Shown piece by piece: positions 1 to 7,669 of a DNA stretch of 40,100 bases; the first letter of the stretch is position 1, and each line of letters opens with the position of its first letter. The stretch lies in IMG/VR virus record IMGVR_UViG_3300027764_000011, positions 1 through 40,100 of that record; one strand, 5' to 3'. Under the pieces are notes generated by a model. That model was not told where the DNA came from, did no database searches, and saw only the letters and a program-made list of their open reading frames with translations. The position numbers were made by a program, and so were the translations under genes. The DNA comes from a virus (Duplodnaviria; Caudoviricetes).

Positions 1-275
1 TATTTCAGAAGAACAAGTACAGATGTCAATTCTCCTGGGTGTGTCAGAAAAACTTACAGGATAAAGATAACCGTTACATCATTGCGCTTGAAGTCGCGCA
101 CAAAGTGTTTACTAAGTATATTGAGTTGGAAGATATTACCGAGGGTGCATTATACTACCACGCAAATTATGTAAATCCAAAATGGAAATTACATAAGACT
201 GTCGTGATCGGAAGTCACATATTTTATAAAGAGAGCAGCAACGATGATGCAAAAATTAAACTTACAGCTAGGTAA
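1..275 (+). CDS. SleB/Hydrolase_2-family cell wall hydrolase, 5'-truncated
   Basis: Frame is open from the window start (FQKNKYRCQFSWVCQK). Contains the CQFSW and ITEGALYYHANYVNPKW...IGSHIFY motifs typical of SleB-like hydrolases. Confidence 0.88.
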   Translation, partial: FQKNKYRCQFSWVCQKNLQDKDNRYIIALEVAHKVFTKYIELEDITEGALYYHANYVNPKWKLHKTVVIGSHIFYKESSNDDAKIKLTAR

Positions 276-804
276 TGACGATGATAGTACACATGCGTTT
301 TATCTATTGATGGATGATATTAGTCTTACCACTGTTCGACCAGTAATTGAATGGATCTTTGACGCAAATTTCTCTGAAGAAAGACCGGAGATGCTTAACC
401 TAATTATCTGTTCACCAGGAGGTGATCTGAACGCTGGGTTTGCCTTGGTTGATACAATGCGAGGTTCCGCTGTTCCAATTCGTACTATCGGTCTTGGTCA
501 AATTGCCTCGGCTGGTCTATTGATTTTTATCGCGGGTGAAAAAGGCCAACGACTTCTTACTCCAAACACTAGCATTTTATCACACCAGTATTCATGGGGT
601 TCATTTGGTAAAGAGCATGAGTTGTTTGCTCAGGTGAAAGAGTTTGATCTTACAACGAAGCGCATGATCGCTCACTACAAAAAATGTACCGGACTCACCG
701 AGGCGGTAATCCGTGAAATTCTTTTACCACCACAAGACGTTTGGCTTTCAGCAATCGAGGCTAAGAAACTTGGCTTGGCCGATGAAGTCAAAGATTTAAA
801 ATAA
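244..804 (+). CDS. clpP: ClpP-family protease proteolytic subunit
   Basis: ICSPGG, GQIASAG (Ser), ILSHQ (His) and QDVWL (Asp) motifs; C-terminal EAKKLGLAD. Confidence 0.9.
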   Translation: MMQKLNLQLGNDDDSTHAFYLLMDDISLTTVRPVIEWIFDANFSEERPEMLNLIICSPGGDLNAGFALVDTMRGSAVPIRTIGLGQIASAGLLIFIAGEKGQRLLTPNTSILSHQYSWGSFGKEHELFAQVKEFDLTTKRMIAHYKKCTGLTEAVIREILLPPQDVWLSAIEAKKLGLADEVKDLK

Positions 805-825
805 GCCTAATCGAAACAACTAGGG

Positions 826-831
826 TATAAT
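826..831 (+). promoter_or_regulatory. -10 box upstream of tRNA
   Basis: Perfect TATAAT 9 nt before the tRNA; no recognisable -35. Confidence 0.4.
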
Positions 832-840
832 AAATTATAT

Positions 841-915
841 GCGCCTGTAGTTCAACGGATAGAACTGCGGAATTCTACTCCGCTGATACGGGTTCGATTC
901 CTGTCGGGCGCACCA
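841..915 (+). tRNA. tRNA-Arg(UCU), CCA encoded
   Basis: Cloverleaf: GCGCCTG/CGGGCGC acceptor stem, GTTC/GAAC D stem, GCGGA-ATTCTAC-TCCGC anticodon arm, ACGGG-TTCGATT-CCTGT T arm, ACCA end. Confidence 0.95.
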
Positions 916-937
916 TTTTACTTTATAAGGAAATACA

Positions 938-1081
938 ATGAACGTGAATGTGAAGAAAGTTGAAAACGGGTTTGTCCTGTCGGTCGATACGGAAATTGAA
1001 AGTAAGGAATACATCTTCCAAAACGAACGTCAGGCTCTTAAATTCCTACGGGAACTGTGGAAAACGCCTGAAAACGCCTAA
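938..1081 (+). CDS. small hypothetical protein (47 aa, MNVNVKKVENGFVL...)
   Basis: Below the ORF-track cutoff. AAGGA RBS before ATG 938; TAA at 1079-1081. Confidence 0.7.
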   Translation: MNVNVKKVENGFVLSVDTEIESKEYIFQNERQALKFLRELWKTPENA

Positions 1082-1090
1082 AAACGCCTA
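1061..1090. repeat. 3 x 10-bp tandem repeat AAAACGCCT(G/A)
   Basis: aaaacgcctg aaaacgccta aaaacgccta read directly. Confidence 0.9.
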
Positions 1091-1150
1091 GAACGTACCT
1101 ATACCGCCTCTAGAGGTAATCTAGGCGCCAGAATCAAGAATTTCGACCAT

Positions 1151-1174
1151 AACCCTACTAAATGTAGGGTTTTT
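1151..1174 (+). terminator. probable intrinsic terminator
   Basis: AACCCTAC-taaat-GTAGGGTT hairpin running into a T tract. Confidence 0.6.
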
Positions 1175-1237
1175 CAGTTTTAGGGGTCAAATAAACCTAA
1201 AATAAGCCGAAAATAGGCTAAAAAACAACGAAATGTC

Positions 1238-1266
1238 TTTACTTTAATTAGGTAAACAACTATACT
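1238..1266 (+). promoter_or_regulatory. sigma70-type early promoter (cassette copy 1)
   Basis: TTTACT-17 nt-TATACT with upstream A tracts. Confidence 0.8.
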
Positions 1267-1295
1267 TAGTTATGGATATGAAAAAGGATGTACTC

Positions 1296-1559
1296 GTGAA
1301 TATTACTACTAAGAAGATGTTGGCCTCGCTGTTTATTATTACGCACAAGGCTAAAGTAAACAAAGAACTCGCCCTAATGATGGCCAACCCCACTCGCGCA
1401 ACTCAGGTTGACGCTGTCGCCCTGATCCAAGACATTCAAACCCTTGAGCGGGATTTCCTCGGTATGGAAATCCAGTCGGAGTTGGCTAACATGATGGTCG
1501 CGCTCGGTGATATCCACTCGATCTCGGTTCATAAGTCCTTGACTTTAATTCAAGACTAG
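1296..1559 (+). CDS. hypothetical early protein (alternative in-frame ATG at 1272)
   Basis: AAGGA RBS before GTG 1296, directly downstream of the promoter. Confidence 0.7.
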   Translation: MNITTKKMLASLFIITHKAKVNKELALMMANPTRATQVDAVALIQDIQTLERDFLGMEIQSELANMMVALGDIHSISVHKSLTLIQD

Positions 1560-1567
1560 GCTAAGGA
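1539..1567 (+). promoter_or_regulatory. degenerate copy of early promoter cassette
   Basis: TTGACT TTAATTCAAGACTAGGC is near-identical to 1745-1767, but the -10 position reads TAAGGA (the RBS of the next gene). Confidence 0.5.
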
Positions 1568-1574
1568 GCATATT

Positions 1575-1748
1575 ATGAAGTTAGTATTCACTCATGATCT
1601 TGGTGAAGAAGCCGCTGGGTTGATATACGAGAAGGATGATGGAACTTTCGCGGTATACGAAATTCCTTCATACGGCGGTGAAGAACAACATGTTCGTGAT
1701 TTTGATGATTTGGCCGATGCTATTAAATATGCCAAATTATTAGCTTGA
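1575..1748 (+). CDS. small acidic hypothetical protein (57 aa, MKLVFTHDLGEEAAG...)
   Basis: Not in the ORF track. AAGGAG RBS, ATG 1575, TGA 1746-1748. Confidence 0.75.
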   Translation: MKLVFTHDLGEEAAGLIYEKDDGTFAVYEIPSYGGEEQHVRDFDDLADAIKYAKLLA

Positions 1749-1773
1749 TTTTAATTCAAGATTAGACTACAAT
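1745..1773 (+). promoter_or_regulatory. sigma70-type early promoter (cassette copy)
   Basis: TTGATT-17 nt-TACAAT followed by tagttaatggata...aaaaagga, as in copy 1. Confidence 0.8.
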
Positions 1774-1803
1774 TAGTTAATGGATAACAAAAAGGAACTA
1801 CCT

Positions 1804-3033
1804 ATGATTTCAAAGACTTTCACGATCGACGCCCAGCAACTCTCTCGCGTTGAGTTGAAGCTGGCTGCGCTGAACAAGAAAGCCGTTAAACTCGGTTTCG
1901 CTCAGGCGGTAATCTCGTCTTCCGTTTCTTTCATGGAAGAGTTTTGGCCTAAGAGCGAGCCATACCCTATCTTCTTTCCGAAGATCACTTTAACCGTTGA
2001 CGCGGAAGAACTGCGTTTCGGTGACTACACGTTCGTGGCTGCGTTGGATCATTCCATCGGTAAGACCCCTATCGTGAAGTCGAAAGCGGGTGAAGAGGTT
2101 CCCGAGGTTTATTTCTCAGCGGTGAGCACTACCTGTGAGCACTGCAATATCAAGCGTCACCGTAATAACACGTATGTGTTCAAAGACGCCAACGGGTACA
2201 AGCAGGTCGGTTCTACTTGCCTTAAAGAATTCTTCGGTATCGACCCAACCAAGAACTTGGATTGGTTCGGTGCGTTTTATACCTTCGATGAGGAATTCTT
2301 CGAGCGTGGTACTCGCCCAGTGCACTATGAGGGTGTTGAGGTTTCGTTAGCCTATGCGTTGGCCATCGTGGCTCAGCATGGTTTCGTTTCGAAGAAAGCA
2401 TCAAGTGCGTATCATGAAGCATCTGGCGGCACAGCATGGCTCGCCACTACCGCTGATCGGGTTCAGGAATTCCTGCTCCCAGCTGGTGGGTTGCGTAACG
2501 CTAAACTCACCGACGCGGAAATTCAGTACCGTCGCGAGATCCGTGCTGCCGCCGAGGCAAACAAAGAAGCGGCGAAAGCCCTGATTGTTTGGGGCGTGGA
2601 TTACTTCTCGAAAGAGGCTGGTGAGTATTCACACAACATGACTAAATTCCTGAGCGAGGTCGCTATCCCCGCGAAGTACATGGGTTATCTGGTTTCGGTT
2701 ATCGCCGCTAAGAACCGTTATGACGGTATCGTAGCTGCCAAAGAAACTAGGGTAGAGAAGAACGAATTCATCGGTGCGGTCGGTGACAAAGTTACCCTGA
2801 CCGTGAAGGTCAATAAGGTTATCCCTATCGCCGGAAACTACGGCACGTCATACGGTATCATGATGACGGAAGTTGATACGGGTAATCATGTGGTGTGGTT
2901 TGCGAGCGGCAGCCCTCACTGCGAGGCCAACGAAACCCTAGTGCTCAAGGGTTCGGTTAAGTCTCATAACCTCCGCGATAGCAAGAACCAGACGGTTATG
3001 ACCCGTTGTAAGGTTCTGGAAGTTTTAGCTTGA
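1804..3033 (+). CDS. early protein with Cys zinc-binding motif and C-terminal OB-fold-like region (alternative in-frame ATG at 1780)
   Basis: CEHC...QVGSTCL; C-terminal FIGAVGDKVTLTVKV...LKGSVKSH...QTVMTRCK is OB-like; AAGGA RBS before ATG 1804. Confidence 0.6.
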   Translation: MISKTFTIDAQQLSRVELKLAALNKKAVKLGFAQAVISSSVSFMEEFWPKSEPYPIFFPKITLTVDAEELRFGDYTFVAALDHSIGKTPIVKSKAGEEVPEVYFSAVSTTCEHCNIKRHRNNTYVFKDANGYKQVGSTCLKEFFGIDPTKNLDWFGAFYTFDEEFFERGTRPVHYEGVEVSLAYALAIVAQHGFVSKKASSAYHEASGGTAWLATTADRVQEFLLPAGGLRNAKLTDAEIQYRREIRAAAEANKEAAKALIVWGVDYFSKEAGEYSHNMTKFLSEVAIPAKYMGYLVSVIAAKNRYDGIVAAKETRVEKNEFIGAVGDKVTLTVKVNKVIPIAGNYGTSYGIMMTEVDTGNHVVWFASGSPHCEANETLVLKGSVKSHNLRDSKNQTVMTRCKVLEVLA

Positions 3034-3058
3034 TTTTAAATAAAAAATCAGGTATACT
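3030..3058 (+). promoter_or_regulatory. sigma70-type early promoter (cassette copy)
   Basis: TTGATT-17 nt-TATACT; the -35 box contains the TGA stop of the upstream gene. Confidence 0.8.
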
Positions 3059-3080
3059 TAATTATCTAACAAGGAATGAA

Positions 3081-3236
3081 ATGTATATGGAAAACAAAAT
3101 TATGGATGTGGTCGCGATCATTGAAGAAAACAACTTTGACTTCAATGCGGTCTGTCGGGCAACGGGTTTGTCGGTCGATGAGATCCGCCTGATTGCCGCC
3201 CTTTACTGTAACTACTCTGATCAGGAATTAGTATGA
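3081..3236 (+). CDS. small hypothetical protein, possibly HTH-like
   Basis: AAGGA RBS at 3071; FNAVCRATGLSVDEIR resembles a helix-turn-helix. The track start at 3030 lies inside the promoter. Confidence 0.6.
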   Translation: MYMENKIMDVVAIIEENNFDFNAVCRATGLSVDEIRLIAALYCNYSDQELV

Positions 3237-3424
3237 GAATTAAATTACGTGAAATATCAGAAGACGAAGGCTTTGCCTTGTGGGAAGGTGCGGGATACTC
3301 GGATTACATCAGAGAGAATGCTGATGATAGCCGTGTAATCTGTGACGGTGATAGCCTTCTCGAAGCCATGGAGGATAACTACCTCTTTGATGAGTACCTC
3401 GGAAGTCTAGGCTTAACTCTCTAA
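3233..3424 (+). CDS. hypothetical protein
   Basis: ATGA overlap with the upstream gene; acidic, 63 aa. Confidence 0.65.
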   Translation: MRIKLREISEDEGFALWEGAGYSDYIRENADDSRVICDGDSLLEAMEDNYLFDEYLGSLGLTL

Positions 3425-3437
3425 TAAGGATTATCTT

Positions 3438-3704
3438 ATGACTAAGAAACAATGGCATCTACCCGAACTACACGCTAAGTTGCTTGATGTGGTGAGTCAG
3501 TACTCAACAGGGTTGATTACCGACATTGAGTTCCTTCAGTGCTGTCAGGAGATTCAGGGTATGTACGCTGAACAAGACCTGACCGGATTGAGTGACCCTA
3601 ATACCGGACTTCGGTTCCCGAAGGGATTTAACCCGTTCGCGCCGAAGGTAGAGGCACCACGGAAAGCTAAACAGCACTCATGGGTAGGATGGGCAACGAA
3701 ATGA
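3438..3704 (+). CDS. hypothetical protein
   Basis: AAGGA RBS; operon context. Confidence 0.7.
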   Translation: MTKKQWHLPELHAKLLDVVSQYSTGLITDIEFLQCCQEIQGMYAEQDLTGLSDPNTGLRFPKGFNPFAPKVEAPRKAKQHSWVGWATK

Positions 3705-3859
3705 CCAAGCATTGCCGTGGTTGTAAACATCATCACAATTCGGGTCATCCAAAGGATTCTCCATTAGCAAAATTTAACGATTGGTGTCCAAGGGTTAGTG
3801 CCCTTGCGAAGGACGCTGTTGGACATTGTAAACTTAAAAACTTGAAGGAATCGAAATGA
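3701..3859 (+). CDS. small Cys/His-rich protein (52 aa)
   Basis: Not in the track. MTKHCRGCKHHHNSGH...WC...HC; ATGA overlaps at both ends fill the gap exactly. Confidence 0.7.
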   Translation: MTKHCRGCKHHHNSGHPKDSPLAKFNDWCPRVSALAKDAVGHCKLKNLKESK

Positions 3860-4179
3860 ACCGTGAACTACTTAAAGAATTACTCGATGACTCCGGAATA
3901 TTCTGGTCTCCTGATTATAATTTTTATATGGCGTATCAATCAAACCTTGAACACTTTGCTGAAGAAGTACGCAAAGACTACCTTGAAGAAATGAACGGTC
4001 ATACTCTGAAGATGGTAATGCTTGCCATTGCTCGCGAGCGTGAGGCTTGTGCAATGCTTGTTCTTGGTCGGTGTTATGAAGGTTTAAGTTATCAAGGTTG
4101 CGCCGATGCAATTAGAGCACGGTCAATCAATTCAGTATGTAGCGGTACAAATTTTCCAATAATCAATGAACAAAGGTAA
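3856..4179 (+). CDS. hypothetical protein
   Basis: AAGGA RBS; EREACA...CADAIRAR motif common in small phage proteins. Confidence 0.7.
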   Translation: MNRELLKELLDDSGIFWSPDYNFYMAYQSNLEHFAEEVRKDYLEEMNGHTLKMVMLAIAREREACAMLVLGRCYEGLSYQGCADAIRARSINSVCSGTNFPIINEQR

Positions 4180-4183
4180 TAAA

Positions 4184-4561
4184 ATGAAAAAACTTATCGC
4201 AGCACTCGCAGTACTTACAGCTTTGACCGGATGTGATAATGATGCAAAAGTCGCATCAAGAAACCTGAGCGAAGCCGCTGACAACTTTGAAGTCAATCGT
4301 AGGGTTGTATTCTATAACGGTATCACAAGTGATTACCTTCTATCAATCGAAGGGTTATGCTCGGTTCAACCTCTCACACAGCCAGCCCGAGTTGCGGTAA
4401 TCTGTAAGGTTGGCGCAAGGGATTTTAAGAAGCACTTCCTTGGTCTGTCAGACAACGTGACTTACTTCGTTGAGCAACTTGAACCAAGCAAAGTCAGTAC
4501 ACATTTTTACCGTGTAACCTTTAAACCATCAACTATTATTCCAGATATTCGGGTACAATAA
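4184..4561 (+). CDS. conserved phage lipoprotein
   Basis: MKKLIAALAVLTALTGC signal peptide with lipobox; ASRNLSEAADNFEVNRRVVFYNGIT motif of a widespread phage family. Confidence 0.85.
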   Translation: MKKLIAALAVLTALTGCDNDAKVASRNLSEAADNFEVNRRVVFYNGITSDYLLSIEGLCSVQPLTQPARVAVICKVGARDFKKHFLGLSDNVTYFVEQLEPSKVSTHFYRVTFKPSTIIPDIRVQ

Positions 4562-5085
4562 TGGAACCATTTAACCTAGAAGCAGCGAAGCGTGGCGATC
4601 CAATTGTTTATGGCACAGAATCAAAACCAGCCGAGTTTTTATACCATGACGAAAAGACGAATACTTGTTTGATGAGAATACCATATTCTGAAAAGCCCGT
4701 AGTCTATTATGATTATTGTACGCATTTTTTCATGGCTCCGAAGAAACGTACTCCAGTTGACAATCTTAGGCTTTCTGTCTTCACTGTACTTGAGGGTTGG
4801 ACACTACCTCACGATGTTCGAAAGATTCTTGAAGCCGCATACTACTACGAAGACACACCAACACTTAGCAACGCTGGTAGCGAAACAAACATACCAGCGG
4901 TTGGAATTGCTCCTAAAGGAAATAGTTTAGTTTCTTTGCATAACAAAGAATGGGTCGGGCTGACTAATAAAGAACGTAACGAAATGATTGGTAGAATTTC
5001 ACATGATTGTTTTACAACGCAACGTGACTTGATCGAGACAACACAAACTATTACTGAAATGTATTTAAAGGAGCGCAACGCATGA
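4561..5085 (+). CDS. hypothetical protein
   Basis: TAATG coupling; PFNLEAAKRG and WVGLT motifs suggest a mosaic small phage protein. Confidence 0.7.
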   Translation: MEPFNLEAAKRGDPIVYGTESKPAEFLYHDEKTNTCLMRIPYSEKPVVYYDYCTHFFMAPKKRTPVDNLRLSVFTVLEGWTLPHDVRKILEAAYYYEDTPTLSNAGSETNIPAVGIAPKGNSLVSLHNKEWVGLTNKERNEMIGRISHDCFTTQRDLIETTQTITEMYLKERNA

Positions 5086-5372
5086 AATTTAAAAAGAAAC
5101 CCGTAGTGATTGACGCTATCCACTGGGTGTATGGTGTGACGCCAAATTCTGCTCTAATAAAATTCTGTGAGGGTAACTTAGGCATAATTCGTATGCCACG
5201 TCGTCCAGGCGAGGTAGCTGAGGCGGAAATCGGTACACTTGAAGATGGCTTACATTTAACCGTCAAGCACATTGCTACCTCCGGTGATTATATCATCAAG
5301 GGTACTCAGGGCGAATTCTATGCATGTAAACCAGATATCTTTGAACTAACTTACGAAAAGGTAGAAGAATGA
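5082..5372 (+). CDS. conserved phage protein (KKPVVI / TLE / GDYIIKG..GEFY.CKPDIF family)
   Basis: Characteristic motif set read in the translation. Confidence 0.8.
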   Translation: MKFKKKPVVIDAIHWVYGVTPNSALIKFCEGNLGIIRMPRRPGEVAEAEIGTLEDGLHLTVKHIATSGDYIIKGTQGEFYACKPDIFELTYEKVEE

Positions 5373-5617
5373 TTACCGCAAATACTATTTCAGCAATTTC
5401 TTTTGACAAAGACGCTCTGGTTAAAACCCGTCAGGAACTAACTGTTCAGCGGATGACTCTTGATTTATTCATGAGTAAATTTCTTGACAAATTTGAGGGT
5501 GAAATGGATCATGAAACTCCCAATACTCCTGTATGGAAACTTTACAAAAGTAAGGTATTGGAGTATAATAAAGTGGAACACCTTGTTCGTTTAACCAACT
5601 ATTACCTTGAAAAATAA
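5369..5617 (+). CDS. hypothetical protein upstream of gp33
   Basis: ATGA and TAATG overlaps with its neighbours. Confidence 0.75.
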   Translation: MITANTISAISFDKDALVKTRQELTVQRMTLDLFMSKFLDKFEGEMDHETPNTPVWKLYKSKVLEYNKVEHLVRLTNYYLEK

Positions 5618-5829
5618 TGTTTAAAAATACAACTGAATTCTCTCTACACATCGAATCAATCGCAGCTAAGAAACGTATCTGTCACATGGATGCGGTTCTT
5701 GATTACTGCGCTGAGAACTTTCTTGAACCCGAGGATATTGTTTCCCTAGTGAGTAAATCTCTGAAGGATAAAATTGAGATGGACATGCGCGAAAACAATT
5801 ACCTTCCTAAGACCGCAATGCTCGAATGA
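5617..5829 (+). CDS. gp33: late transcription coactivator gp33
   Basis: FSLHIE...DAVLDYC...SKSLKDKIE...NYLPK; directly before gp59. Confidence 0.9.
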   Translation: MFKNTTEFSLHIESIAAKKRICHMDAVLDYCAENFLEPEDIVSLVSKSLKDKIEMDMRENNYLPKTAMLE

Positions 5830-6437
5830 TTACTGGATTCAAGGCATACAAATATTACATGTCCGTGAAGTTACACTTCACCAAAGACAACTATAATGTT
5901 TTTGAGACTAGGGGTAACGTTAAGGGCACTGAGCAGGCTTTCCTTGCTAGGAGTGATAGGTTTATCTTTGAACGAATAGCAAGAAAGTATGACACAGACC
6001 GAAACGTTATTCAATTCTTCGTGGCTAATTTTGCGTACGGAAACAACAGCGTTGTGTATTCGGTGGAAGAAGCCGAGTCAAACCTCACCGAATGGGAGCG
6101 TAGAAAGCAAAGCCTGAGTAAAGTATTCCAAGATGATCTGGGAACAGTTTCACTTCAGGCAGAAAAAGACAAACTAAATAAAAGTCAAATATTTGAATTT
6201 GCTTCTGGTGATATACCTCTGATCTTGAAATTATTTCTGGGGAAGCGGGTCTCAATAGAATCAATGTACCTATTAAATAAATTTGAACCTTATCTAGATT
6301 CATGGTATAATAATAGTACGGTGCTCTGGAAAGATGACATGAGAAGAATTTTGAAGTGCGAGGGTTTCGTGAAATTCGACTCCGACAAACTTTCAAGATC
6401 ATACAATAACTTTATTCAGGAATTAGAAGAACTGTAA
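5826..6437 (+). CDS. gp59: helicase loader gp59
   Basis: YKYYMSVKLHFTKDNY...F.AR.DRF.F...FFVANF motifs. Confidence 0.92.
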   Translation: MITGFKAYKYYMSVKLHFTKDNYNVFETRGNVKGTEQAFLARSDRFIFERIARKYDTDRNVIQFFVANFAYGNNSVVYSVEEAESNLTEWERRKQSLSKVFQDDLGTVSLQAEKDKLNKSQIFEFASGDIPLILKLFLGKRVSIESMYLLNKFEPYLDSWYNNSTVLWKDDMRRILKCEGFVKFDSDKLSRSYNNFIQELEEL

Positions 6438-6643
6438 TGGGAAATTCTAAAAAGAATGTGAGCGGTAAATTTGATGATGATGAAGTGAAGTACAAGAAAC
6501 GCCCGAAGCATGCATCTAATGTTAGAGGGCGTGGAATGAAAGTCCTAAATATGTACGATGAAGATGATTATGAAGACGAAGTACCGTTCAAGGACGTTGC
6601 TGCGGTTTCAGATGAAATTTTTATCACACATACTAAAGCATAA
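6437..6643 (+). CDS. small charged hypothetical protein
   Basis: TAATG coupling to gp59; basic N-half and acidic C-half. Confidence 0.65.
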   Translation: MGNSKKNVSGKFDDDEVKYKKRPKHASNVRGRGMKVLNMYDEDDYEDEVPFKDVAAVSDEIFITHTKA

Positions 6644-6687
6644 ATCTTATACAACTACAATACGTTTTAACAAAAAGGAAATACGAT

Positions 6688-7623
6688 ATGGATATCAACG
6701 CTCTGCGTAAAATGCGTAACAACGACTTCGGTAAAATTACTGAGGCATTTGATAAAACCGCAAACCCATCTTCAGACAAGAAATCTTATACAGATGATCG
6801 AGTCTGGAAACTTGAACCCGATAAAGCAGGCAACGCTTCTGCTACAATTCGATTTCTCCCACGTGTTGAGGGCGATCAATTACCTTGGGTCAAAATCTTC
6901 AGTCATGCCTTTCAAGGACCAACGGGTAAATGGTACATTCAAAATTCTTTATCTACTCCTGGGGTTGATGGTAATCCTATTGGTGATAAAGACCCAGTCG
7001 GCGAATTGAATTCAAGCCTCTGGAATAACGGTACTGAAGCAGGAAAGGAAGTTGCACGTAAACAGAAACGCAAACTTACCTATATTTGCAACGTTCTGAT
7101 TATTTCTGATCCTAAGCATCCAGAGAATGAAGGTCAAGTCCGTCTGTTTAAATTCGGAAAGAAAATCTTTGACAAAATCATGGATAAGGCTCGCCCGACT
7201 TTTGAAGATGAAAAGCCAGTTAATGTATTTGATTTCTGGGAAGGTGCTGACTTCAAATTGAAGCAGACCAAAGTTGAGGGTTATCCTAATTATGATAAAT
7301 CAGCCTTCAGCGAACCTGCACCTATTGCGGAAAGTGATGAAGAAATTCTTGTCATTGCAAACAAACAACATAAGTTGTCTGAATTGCTTGATATTAAGAA
7401 CTTCAAATCATATGCTGATCTGAAGAAGCAATTGGATTTAGTATTATCATCAACTGGTGGAATGTCAACTGCTGAAGCTGACGCAGCTGACGACGCACCG
7501 TCTTATGTAGCACCTACGCCTAAGAGCAAACCTGCTCCAACGCCAAAGGCATCCAAAGCACCAGCGATGGAAGATGACGATGACTCACTGAGTTATTTTC
7601 AGAACATGGCTAACGAAGCGTAA
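6688..7623 (+). CDS. gp32: single-stranded DNA-binding protein gp32
   Basis: DKAGNASATIRFLP, FSHAFQGPTGKWYI, PFDFWEGA-like and NYDKS motifs; acidic tail. Confidence 0.96.
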   Translation: MDINALRKMRNNDFGKITEAFDKTANPSSDKKSYTDDRVWKLEPDKAGNASATIRFLPRVEGDQLPWVKIFSHAFQGPTGKWYIQNSLSTPGVDGNPIGDKDPVGELNSSLWNNGTEAGKEVARKQKRKLTYICNVLIISDPKHPENEGQVRLFKFGKKIFDKIMDKARPTFEDEKPVNVFDFWEGADFKLKQTKVEGYPNYDKSAFSEPAPIAESDEEILVIANKQHKLSELLDIKNFKSYADLKKQLDLVLSSTGGMSTAEADAADDAPSYVAPTPKSKPAPTPKASKAPAMEDDDDSLSYFQNMANEA

Positions 7624-7638
7624 CAGCTAGTTAGAAAT

Positions 7639-7664
7639 AAAAAAGCCACCTTCGGGTGGCTTTT
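7639..7664. terminator. bidirectional intrinsic terminator with cUUCGg tetraloop
   Basis: AAAAAA GCCACC TTCG GGTGGC TTTT between convergent genes. Confidence 0.92.
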
Positions 7665-7669
7665 CTCAT

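Noticed and set aside
797-831. MotA-box middle promoter before the tRNA
   Set aside because: TATAAT is present but there is no match to the TGCTT MotA box near -30.
1061-1090. Short repeats as a CRISPR array
   Set aside because: 10-bp contiguous units with no spacers; no repeat-spacer array or cas gene seen in the window.
6644-6687. T4-like gene 32 autoregulatory pseudoknot
   Set aside because: Only an AT-rich unstructured leader is visible; no convincing pairing found by eye.
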